Notes: generated by a model from the letters alone, not told the origin. Numbered from the stretch's first letter, positions 9,725-17,169 are shown. The stretch: DNA of 52,679 nt from Bacteroidota bacterium (GCA_013288905.1 JABDAW010000003.1:1-52679); one strand, 5' to 3'. Program-made: numbers and translations.

Positions 9725-10639
9725 ATGTCAGTAAAAGTTGTTGAGATTTCTAAGGTTTATGGGAAGCAGAATGCTTTGGATGGTGTTTCGTTTGAGGTAA
9801 ATGCTGGTGAAGTTCTTGGGTTTCTTGGTCCTAATGGTGCGGGCAAATCTACCATGATGAAGATACTGACTTGCTTTATTCCACAGACTTCCGGGACTGC
9901 TTTTGTTTGTGGACATGATGTGAATGAAGAGCCGCTTGAGGTGAAGAAATGCGTGGGATATTTGCCGGAGAATAATCCTTTATATCATGATATGTATGTC
10001 AAGGAATATCTTGAATTCATTGCTGGCATACAAGGATTGAAAGGGAGTAAAACCGCAAGGGTTAAAGAGATGATTGGTATGACCGGGCTTGAGGTGGAGC
10101 AACATAAAAAGATAGGTGCGCTTTCTAAAGGGTATCGGCAACGAGTCGGACTGGCACAGGCTCTGATTCATGATCCTAAGGTGTTGATTCTTGATGAACC
10201 TACTTCAGGATTAGACCCTAATCAACTTACTGAAATAAGAAGTTTGATTAAGAATATCGGCAAGGAAAAGACGGTGATATTTTCTACTCACATTATGCAG
10301 GAAGTTACTGCTATATGCAGCAGAGTGGTGATTATTAATAAAGGAAAAATTGTTGCTGATGATCCTATAGAAGTTCTTAAACAACATGCCGTGAGTAAGG
10401 CTGTCATATCTGTAGAATTTGATGCTCCGACATCAAAGACTGCCTTGAAAAAGATTGCCGGTGTTAGCGAAGTAGAACTGATTAAAGACAATCAATGGCA
10501 ATTATATTCCGATGCTGAAACTGATATTCGCAAAGAGCTTTTCAACTTTGCCATTGAGAATAAATTAGCCATTATTACTATCAAAAAAGAGGAGCAGAAT
10601 TTGGAGGAAATCTTTCATGAATTGACGAAGAATAGTTGA
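9725..10639 (+). CDS. gldA: gliding motility-associated ABC transporter ATP-binding subunit GldA
   Basis: Walker A GPNGAGKST, ABC signature and Walker B. GldA-like length and sequence. Confidence 0.8.
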   Translation: MSVKVVEISKVYGKQNALDGVSFEVNAGEVLGFLGPNGAGKSTMMKILTCFIPQTSGTAFVCGHDVNEEPLEVKKCVGYLPENNPLYHDMYVKEYLEFIAGIQGLKGSKTARVKEMIGMTGLEVEQHKKIGALSKGYRQRVGLAQALIHDPKVLILDEPTSGLDPNQLTEIRSLIKNIGKEKTVIFSTHIMQEVTAICSRVVIINKGKIVADDPIEVLKQHAVSKAVISVEFDAPTSKTALKKIAGVSEVELIKDNQWQLYSDAETDIRKELFNFAIENKLAIITIKKEEQNLEEIFHELTKNS

Positions 10640-10766
10640 CACAATAGGTGGTAAACTAAACGAAATCATTTCTTGAGCGATAACCGGTCTCCAATGTTAT
10701 CAAATATACAGGGAGATAAGGGTTTCTGTAAGTTTTGTATTTTTGCACGAATTAAATAATATAGAA

Positions 10767-11426
10767 ATGATAAAAAAAGATTTAGAAGTTGATGGGTACA
10801 TAAAGATGGCTCCTGATTATGCAAAACCAATATTGAAACATTTGAGAGAAGTCGTGCATAAGGCTATCCCTGATGTGGAAGAAAAAATGTTGTATAACTG
10901 TCCTACGTTCTTGTTTGCCGGGTCGCCTGTATGCAGCATGATCGCTTATGATAAACCTTATTGTGCATTCAATTTATGGAAAAATAAATTGTTGAAGGAT
11001 CCGGATAATTTATTGGTAAACCATGCCAAAGCGGATGGAAAAATCATTGGGAATTTAACCAGGATAGACAGCGTGAAAGATCTGCCTTCTGATGAAATCC
11101 TTATTGGATTTATCAACCAGGTAATAGAATTAAATAAGCAAGGCACCATGCCTCCTCTTCCATTTAAAAAGAGCAGAGCCAAGGAAATGGAAGTGCCTGA
11201 TTATTTCCAAAAGGAGTTAGATAAAAATGGGGCTGCCAAAAAGACATTTACTAATTTTAAAACATCACAAAGGACTGCTTATTTACGATTTATAACGCTT
11301 CCTATCTATGAACAAACACGATTGAATAACGTAACGAAAGCTATCGAATGGCTTGCGGAAGGCAAGGAACAGAATTGGAATAAAGGGAATGGCACAAGAG
11401 GTAGGAAAAAAAGTTTGAAGCGCTAA
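10767..11426 (+). CDS. DUF1801 / YdeI-OmpD-associated family protein
   Basis: N-terminal YdhG-like region and C-terminal YdeI-like region. First ATG in ORF 10743..11426. Confidence 0.65.
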   Translation: MIKKDLEVDGYIKMAPDYAKPILKHLREVVHKAIPDVEEKMLYNCPTFLFAGSPVCSMIAYDKPYCAFNLWKNKLLKDPDNLLVNHAKADGKIIGNLTRIDSVKDLPSDEILIGFINQVIELNKQGTMPPLPFKKSRAKEMEVPDYFQKELDKNGAAKKTFTNFKTSQRTAYLRFITLPIYEQTRLNNVTKAIEWLAEGKEQNWNKGNGTRGRKKSLKR

Positions 11427-11439
11427 TTAAACGATTCTT

Positions 11440-11650
11440 CTTCATGGTGAAAGCAAGTAGCCCTTCTCCTAAAAAATACTTTTCTTTGCAAGCAAAATAA
11501 AGGATGGGATAAGGTCTTTCCTTAACTTTTTGTACTTTTGCACAAATCAAACAATTAAATACAATGGCAAAACCAATTAAAGAAACCCCAGTATTGATGG
11601 GAGAAGATGCAAAGAGATTCTTGAAACAGAAAGAAGAAAACAAGGGCAAA
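11440..11650 (+). repeat. dispersed repeat copy 1 (promoter plus 5' part of small ORF)
   Basis: Bases 11440-11622 differ from 12291-12473 at 4 positions, with no indels (constant offset 851). Confidence 0.9.
11533..11540 (+). promoter_or_regulatory. -7 promoter box TACTTTTG
   Basis: TAnnTTTG match 24 bp upstream of the ATG at 11564. Confidence 0.5.
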
Positions 11651-11716
11651 AAACTTCCTCCTGAAGAAGTAGAAAGAATAATGAAAAATTACAAAAAGTT
11701 TAGGGTCATTGATTAA
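11564..11716 (+). CDS. 50-aa putative antitoxin (not in ORF track, under 60 aa)
   Basis: Encodes MAKPIKETPVLMGEDAKRFLKQKEENKGKKLPPEEVERIMKNYKKFRVID. Stops 15 bp before the GNAT gene. A paralog precedes the PIN gene. Confidence 0.55.
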   Translation: MAKPIKETPVLMGEDAKRFLKQKEENKGKKLPPEEVERIMKNYKKFRVID

Positions 11717-11731
11717 TTTTATTTTATCTTA

Positions 11732-12271
11732 ATGATTTTAGACGATCTTAAAAGGTTATCTCAAGATCATGCTATTCTCCCTTTTAAATGTGGAGATACT
11801 GATCTTGAAAACTTTCTTAACGATGATGCAAAAGCTCATGGTGAAGCCCTTTTATCTGTAACTTATTTAATGGAAAAAGACAATTTAACAATTGCTTTTT
11901 TCAGTCTTTTTAATGACAAGATTGGCTATAATGAAATAAACAGTCATCGAAAATTTGAGAAGATATTTAAAGCCAAGCTACCAAAAAGCAAATGGTTTAA
12001 AAGCTATCCTTCCGTTAAGATTGGAAGGTTTGGAGTTCATCAAAATTATCAAAACGAGGGAGTGGGAGGTAAAATTTTGGATTTTATTAAAGGCTGGTTT
12101 ATTGATAATAATAAAACGGGGTGTATGTATATTACGGTTGATGCTTATAAAAGATCATTGCCTTTTTATTCAAAGAATGGTTTCCTGTTTTTGACGGATG
12201 ATGATGTAGATTCTGATACTCGCTTGATGTATTTTGATTTGACATTATTAAAAAATAGTTTAATAAATTAA
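11732..12271 (+). CDS. GNAT family N-acetyltransferase, TacT/KacT-like toxin candidate
   Basis: FKCGDTDLENFL N-terminal motif and acetyl-CoA site (GVHQNYQNEGVGGKIL), typical of toxin-type GNATs. Preceded by a small ORF. Confidence 0.75.
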   Translation: MILDDLKRLSQDHAILPFKCGDTDLENFLNDDAKAHGEALLSVTYLMEKDNLTIAFFSLFNDKIGYNEINSHRKFEKIFKAKLPKSKWFKSYPSVKIGRFGVHQNYQNEGVGGKILDFIKGWFIDNNKTGCMYITVDAYKRSLPFYSKNGFLFLTDDDVDSDTRLMYFDLTLLKNSLIN

Positions 12272-12290
12272 ATCCTTAAATCCTTCTCCC

Positions 12291-12501
12291 CTTCATGGTG
12301 AAAGCAAGTAGCCCTTCTCCTAAAAAATCCTTTTCTTTGCAAGCAAAATAAAGGATGAGATAAGGTCTTTCCTTGACTTTTTGTACTTTTGCACAAATCA
12401 AACAATTAAATACAATGGCAAAACCAATTAAAGAAACCCCTGTATTGATGGGAGAAGATGCAAAGAGATTCTTAAAGCATAAGAAAGAAAGCAAGGGTAA
12501 G
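12291..12501 (+). repeat. dispersed repeat copy 2
   Basis: See copy 1. Confidence 0.9.
12384..12391 (+). promoter_or_regulatory. -7 promoter box TACTTTTG
   Basis: Same box and same 24-bp spacing to the ATG at 12415 as in copy 1. Confidence 0.5.
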
Positions 12502-12567
12502 AAAATTGACCCGGAAAAACTTAAAAAGATGAGGGAGAGTTATCTTAAATTCAGCCCTAAAAGTTAG
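12415..12567 (+). CDS. 50-aa putative antitoxin, paralog of 11564..11716
   Basis: The first 21 residues are identical to the paralog. Internal ATG of ORF 12373..12567. Stops 9 bp before the PIN gene. Confidence 0.55.
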   Translation: MAKPIKETPVLMGEDAKRFLKHKKESKGKKIDPEKLKKMRESYLKFSPKS

Positions 12568-12576
12568 GTTTGAAAG

Positions 12577-13065
12577 ATGAAAAAACTAAAAATTTATTTA
12601 GATACTTCAATAATTAATTTCTTATTTGCAGATGATACTCCCGACTTCAAAAGAAACACAGAAGACTTCTTTGATAATTATTTAAAGAAAGGAATTTACG
12701 ATTGTCTTGTTTCTGATGTAGTGTTTGATGAGATAAATAGAACGGAGGAGGATGAAAAACGATTGAAACTTTTACAGGTTATAAAAGATTATAATATTCC
12801 TTATGATTCTTTCAATAAGGAGGCAGAACGACTGGCTCACATTTATATCAAAGATGGAGTTATTCCAGTTAAGAAATTTGATGATGCCAGGCATATAGGG
12901 TTGGCAACTACTAACAGTTTTGATATTCTACTATCCTGGAACTTTAAGCATTTGGCAAACGTAAACAAAAGAATAAAAATTAAAATTATTAATGAACGCG
13001 AAGGATATTTCTATCCTCTTGATTTGGTAACACCTATACAACTAATATATGATGAAAACGATTAA
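12577..13065 (+). CDS. PIN-domain protein (VapC-like toxin candidate)
   Basis: IYLDTSI acidic N-terminal motif, DARHIGLAT, SWNFKH. 162 aa. Confidence 0.7.
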   Translation: MKKLKIYLDTSIINFLFADDTPDFKRNTEDFFDNYLKKGIYDCLVSDVVFDEINRTEEDEKRLKLLQVIKDYNIPYDSFNKEAERLAHIYIKDGVIPVKKFDDARHIGLATTNSFDILLSWNFKHLANVNKRIKIKIINEREGYFYPLDLVTPIQLIYDEND

Positions 13066-13249
13066 AGACTATCCGGTATCAAAAGCTCTTGAAGAAGTTT
13101 GGGAAATGAAAGAAAAAGCATCTGAAGCTACTAAAGATTTATCTTTTGAGGAATTACAAAAGCATTACAAAGAAGTAGCAGAAGAATCTGCCAAACTTTT
13201 AAATGCCAAGATTATTCCACTTGCGAATGGCTCTTTTAAATTCGGGTAA
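13049..13249 (+). CDS. hypothetical 66-aa protein
   Basis: ORF overlaps the PIN stop by 17 bp. Helical, charged composition. Coding status unproven. Confidence 0.35.
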   Translation: MMKTIKDYPVSKALEEVWEMKEKASEATKDLSFEELQKHYKEVAEESAKLLNAKIIPLANGSFKFG

Positions 13250-13318
13250 TCCATCCCTCCTTTCCTTCACAAACCTCCCCAAAGACCTGCCTCCTCCTTC
13301 CTCCTCCTCTTCCCGTCG

Positions 13319-13377
13319 TGGTGAAAGCAAGTAGCCCTTCTCCTAAAAAATACTTTTCTTTGCAACAAAAATAAAGG
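13319..13377 (+). repeat. dispersed repeat copy 3 (first ~60 bp only)
   Basis: TGGTGAAAGCAAGTAGCCCTTCTCCTAAAAAATACTTTTCTTTGCAA is shared with copies 1 and 2. Confidence 0.85.
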
Positions 13378-13409
13378 TAAGGAGATGAAAGAAAAGGGTA
13401 ATAAATTCA

Positions 13410-14024
13410 ATGATGAAAATTCTTAAATATTTTTCTCTATTATTAATTGTTATTGGATTTATTGGTCTCTTGGGTTGTGGATTAATATTTACTACTATAC
13501 TTGATTACAAATATGAATTACCAATTGCATGGAATGCTCAAACAACAATGAGTAGTGAGAACAAGTTTTATGTTGGATTGCCTGATTATGGAAAGATTCA
13601 AGTGTATGATATTAATGGGAAGTTTCTATTCAACTTTAAAGTTTATGGTTGGGGTGGAGAATTTACATTTAAAATAATAGGTGATACTATTCAAGTAAAA
13701 ACTGTACATAAGGATTTATTAAGTTTTTATGATTTAAAGGGAAGAGCTATTAGCAGTAAACATATTTACTTTAGTCATGATGACTATAGAGATTCACCTT
13801 CAACATCTGATCCATCACATACTATAATTAATGGATATTATATAAGAACTGAAACTGTTATCATTCCAAAAATCATAATTGAAAAAGATGGTAAGACAAC
13901 TATCATTAAATCCCCTTTATACCTGAATTTATTAAAGGCTCCTTTTCTTTCAGGTCCTTTATTTTTCTTTGGAATAATTATCTTTTTTTCAATAAGAAAT
14001 AAAATGAAGAATCAAGTTAAATAA
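13410..14024 (+). CDS. hypothetical membrane protein
   Basis: N- and C-terminal hydrophobic helices. 204 aa. Confidence 0.5.
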   Translation: MMKILKYFSLLLIVIGFIGLLGCGLIFTTILDYKYELPIAWNAQTTMSSENKFYVGLPDYGKIQVYDINGKFLFNFKVYGWGGEFTFKIIGDTIQVKTVHKDLLSFYDLKGRAISSKHIYFSHDDYRDSPSTSDPSHTIINGYYIRTETVIIPKIIIEKDGKTTIIKSPLYLNLLKAPFLSGPLFFFGIIIFFSIRNKMKNQVK

Positions 14025-14073
14025 GTATTCCCCACAAAAAAGCCCGAACAAAATTCCTTCTGCCCGGGCGTTC

Positions 14074-14101
14074 CCTAATTCCTAATTTTTAATTCCTAAT
14101 T
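14074..14101. repeat. AT-rich dispersed element CCTAATTCCTAATTTTTAATTCCTAATT
   Basis: 28-nt sequence identical to 23569-23596. Related copies at 23236-23270, 23363-23390, 25060-25087 and 42735-42762. Confidence 0.9.
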
Positions 14102-14109
14102 ATTTACCT

Positions 14110-14472
14110 CTATAGCTCCCCTTCCTTCACCTCCACAGCATCATTCCTGCCGCAGGTTTCTTTTAGGATGGTGGAGACAAAATTGGTGTCGTCGGCTACT
14201 TCAAATTCTTCCAAAGTAGTGGCATGTTCCTCGCATAATGGGATGAGATAAATGGTGGAATCTAGGGGTCTGGATTGCAAATCCAGACCAGCGTCGGCAA
14301 TAGGGTCGGTTTTTGTTTTCACTACATAGCCTCCGTCTATTTCAGGATTCCGGCAGCCGGGGACAAGGCACATGCGTACTTGCATGCCGGTAAATTTCTT
14401 CCAGTGGTTTAATTTATTGCCACAGTTGCAGCCTTTTAAGGGGGTCTCTTTGCTTGATTTTAATTTTATCAT
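14110..14472 (-). CDS. small Cys-rich protein (CxC...CxxxGC...CxxH), possible zinc-binding or HNH-like fold
   Basis: 120-aa ORF. The Cys/His pattern resembles small W..W..C.V.GC...HV...PLC..H proteins. Carries an in-frame hairpin module. Confidence 0.5.
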   Translation of the reverse strand: MIKLKSSKETPLKGCNCGNKLNHWKKFTGMQVRMCLVPGCRNPEIDGGYVVKTKTDPIADAGLDLQSRPLDSTIYLIPLCEEHATTLEEFEVADDTNFVSTILKETCGRNDAVEVKEGEL

Positions 14473-14510
14473 ATTATTATTTTATACTTATTTTTCTATT
14501 CCATTCCCCA

Positions 14511-14772
14511 AAAAGACGAAAGTGCAGCCGTATGGTTAGAAACGGCTGCCCTTTCTTTAGAAACGGCTGCACTATCCTTATATATGGCGGAACAATGCAT
14601 GGAAACGGCGGAAGTATCCTTACATTGTTCCGCCGTTTCTTTACAAACGGCGGAACTATCCTTACAAACGGCAGAACAATGCATGGAAACGGCGGAAGTA
14701 TCCATACATAGTTCCGCCGTTTGTAAAGAAACGGCGGAAGAATGCTTGTATCCTTCCGCACTTTCGTCTTTT
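14511..14772. repeat. tandem array B: 11 x 21-bp units (AAACGGCGGAA core, some inverted), bounded by a 15-bp inverted repeat
   Basis: AACGGC at 14541, 14562, 14604, 14646, 14667, 14688 and 14730. Inverted cores at 14627 and 14711. AAAAGACGAAAGTGC at 14511-14525 pairs with GCACTTTCGTCTTTT at 14758-14772. Confidence 0.9.
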
Positions 14773-14792
14773 AGAGACATGAAATGTGGTTT

Positions 14793-15701
14793 TTAATTAA
14801 CTGTAATCTTTAAAACCGCATCAAATCCTTGAGGACCATTGGAAGTAATTATTTGATGCATAAAGTAAACCTCAATATTTGCAGCGAGCCCAGTAACCTG
14901 GGTATGTGCTTGCTTGGTAGGGTCTAACCTTACGAAAGTAATTCCATTATAACTGATCCACCAATCGTGTATTTCGCCCTTAGCTCCCGCTGCTGTCAAA
15001 TCTAAAATTCCACCTACAGGATTGTTCTTCACCGCCCAAGGTTGTTGCTTTCTTGGAGTTACTTTTTTACAGGAAAACCCACCTGACTCTATCCCAAGTT
15101 GAGCAGTGGCAAAGTTCTCATTCGCATACGATTGAAAAAGAAATTTCAACCCTTCCATACCATTATTAAGAGCAGTCCAGGCAGCTTGTTCGCCACCGGC
15201 TTCAGAGTTGCCATAAGCAGTCGCCAGCAGTCCTAAAGCCGTAATAGTGGCTCCGGGAACAGATACATAAGTAGATACGGCAGCCAGGGCAAGGGCATCT
15301 TTTGCCTGTTTCGTTTTGTCTGCCTTAGAGCCTTTCCATTTAAAGACGGCGATGTACTTTCTTTGCATGGTAGGCATGCTGAAAAGGATGATCTGCCCGT
15401 TAAACTGGGTGACATCTACCCCTCTGAAATTCAATCTTTCCAAATCATAGGAACTGATATTATAGATTTCCACAGTTTCGTCCATGGCATCATAGAGGTT
15501 GTTTTTGAAACGCTCATAGCCTGCCAAAATAAAATTTATCACCCAAAATAAAGGACTCAAGAAGCGCGATGGTGATCTCTCGGCTTCTTCCTCATCAGGA
15601 CCAAATTCGCGAATGTGTTGGTTCTCCTGCGCTGTTTCAGCATACCCTCTGCTGATTTTTTCCTTGTAGGATTCTTTTTGTTTTACAAAATTTAATTTCA
15701 T
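14793..15701 (-). CDS. hypothetical protein (302 aa)
   Basis: Long ORF with ATG start. No signal peptide. Central Ala/Gly-rich hydrophobic stretch. No family recognised. Confidence 0.6.
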   Translation of the reverse strand: MKLNFVKQKESYKEKISRGYAETAQENQHIREFGPDEEEAERSPSRFLSPLFWVINFILAGYERFKNNLYDAMDETVEIYNISSYDLERLNFRGVDVTQFNGQIILFSMPTMQRKYIAVFKWKGSKADKTKQAKDALALAAVSTYVSVPGATITALGLLATAYGNSEAGGEQAAWTALNNGMEGLKFLFQSYANENFATAQLGIESGGFSCKKVTPRKQQPWAVKNNPVGGILDLTAAGAKGEIHDWWISYNGITFVRLDPTKQAHTQVTGLAANIEVYFMHQIITSNGPQGFDAVLKITVN

Positions 15702-15977
15702 AAATAATTATTTTTTAATTGTACCTGAAAAAATTCGTTCCATACCTTACGCATGGTTTACGACACCCGAAATAATGGAAGTGAAGCATCTATACTACTT
15801 TTCACCACCTTTTGTACTCGAATCCAAGGGGTTCTATCCTGAACAACGATGCTAAGCCTGACAAACTTCCCGCCTAACACCTCAAAACTTTGAGCTTACT
15901 TTAATATCGTAACTCTTATGTTTTTTGATGGCGCAATAATAACATTAATTCGGGAAACAAATCATCTTTGGGTTTTT

Positions 15978-15985
15978 TATTTTTG
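15978..15985 (+). promoter_or_regulatory. -7 promoter box TATTTTTG
   Basis: TAnnTTTG match 47 bp upstream of the ATG at 16032. Confidence 0.4.
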
Positions 15986-16031
15986 CGGCGATGGACGGGG
16001 GGTTTTGGGGAATGAGAAATATATTTATAGA

Positions 16032-16427
16032 ATGAAATCAAAGGATAAACAGAGTAGAGCATCTTTTTCGAAAGGGTTAATAACAATATCTGTTATTACT
16101 TTATTATTCTGTCAAATCATACAGGCACAAAGTTTAAGAATAGAAATATTTAATAGAACAGGGTATGATTTAGATTCGGTTTATATGGACTATAATTATG
16201 TTGGTTCAATAAAAAAAGATTCATCGGTATTAGTTTTGGATTGTAAAGAAATAGTGATGGATAGTGGAATGCCAATAGGTCGTCCAGAGGGAATTATTAA
16301 AAACAAAGTAAAGACTTCTGAACCACAATATCTCTGTGGAACAGAAATTTATTCAGTAAAAGAAGGGGATTTTAAATTTGATATTAAAATAATGGAAGAG
16401 GCATCAAATTATAGATTATATTGGTAA
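16032..16427 (+). CDS. hypothetical secreted protein
   Basis: Internal ATG of ORF 15918..16427 gives MKSKDKQ... with a signal-peptide-like hydrophobic segment. Confidence 0.5.
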   Translation: MKSKDKQSRASFSKGLITISVITLLFCQIIQAQSLRIEIFNRTGYDLDSVYMDYNYVGSIKKDSSVLVLDCKEIVMDSGMPIGRPEGIIKNKVKTSEPQYLCGTEIYSVKEGDFKFDIKIMEEASNYRLYW

Positions 16428-16535
16428 TAATAAAAGGAATAATTATAACGAATCCTAAACCCTTTCCTTCCAACCCCAATCCCCGCTTCCTGCCTCCTTC
16501 TACCTTTAATCCCTGTTCCTTGATAATTTTTGGGA

Positions 16536-16841
16536 ATGATTGAAAAAAATTTACATATATTTTTATATTTAATATGGTTGTATCCATTAGAGTTATACTT
16601 TGCAATATTCTTTTTGATGAAATGTCGAAAGACAAAATATTTCAAATGGGTCTTATTTGTAAATATAGCAATCTACTTATCATATACTTTGGGAATGGAT
16701 AGATTATGTGATAACTTCTTTTATTATATAACAGATGATTTTGGAGAAGCATCATTATCTGCACTCTTTAGCTTGATACAAACATTGTTGAATGCGATAG
16801 TCTATTTTATAATCAGAAAAAATCTACAAATAAATACATAA
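16536..16841 (+). CDS. hypothetical small membrane protein
   Basis: Three hydrophobic helices. Very AT-rich. Weak support. Confidence 0.3.
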   Translation: MIEKNLHIFLYLIWLYPLELYFAIFFLMKCRKTKYFKWVLFVNIAIYLSYTLGMDRLCDNFFYYITDDFGEASLSALFSLIQTLLNAIVYFIIRKNLQINT

Positions 16842-16889
16842 TGATGTTGAATCCCTTCAATTAAAAACATACTAAAGCATTGATTCCAG

Positions 16890-16974
16890 CGGAGAGATGG
16901 GGATTCGCCCCCCCGGACCTGTTACAGTCAACGGTTTTCGAGACCGCCACATTAAACCACTCTGCCATCTCTCC
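16890..16974 (-). tRNA. tRNA-Ser (anticodon CGA), non-canonical T-loop
   Basis: The reverse complement folds as a type-II tRNA. Acceptor GGAGAGA/TCTCTCC, anticodon loop CTCGAAA, long variable arm. T-loop reads GGCGAAT instead of TTCRANY. Confidence 0.75.
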
Positions 16975-16979
16975 TGCTG

Positions 16980-16987
16980 CAAATATA
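16980..16987 (-). promoter_or_regulatory. -7 promoter box TATATTTG
   Basis: TAnnTTTG on the minus strand, 6 nt upstream of the tRNA-Ser 5' end. Confidence 0.5.
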
Positions 16988-17161
16988 GAATAAATAATTT
17001 GAAGATTAAGGTATCAATATATTTTCAATAATTTTATAAATTCGCCCCGAGTGTTTCCCAAAAGAGGATTTTGTTTTAGTTTTTGATTGAAGGGCTTCTC
17101 GAAAGAGGAGCCTTTCTTTTTTGACCTTATGATACCGGCTAATTATTATTGAAATAAAATG

Positions 17162-17169
17162 TAGTTTTG
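17162..17169 (+). promoter_or_regulatory. -7 promoter box TAGTTTTG
   Basis: 26 bp upstream of the xth ATG. Confidence 0.5.

Noticed and set aside
14511-14772. CRISPR interpretation of the 21-bp arrays.
   Set aside because: The whole period is only 21 bp, so there is no room for a repeat plus a spacer of about 30 nt. The variable blocks are 4-10 nt and often alternate between two states. No cas genes are in the window.
15918-16031. N-terminal extension of ORF 15918..16427 (MFFDGAIITL...).
   Set aside because: A TAnnTTTG box lies inside the extension, and the internal Met at 16032 starts a signal-peptide-like sequence. I preferred the shorter gene.
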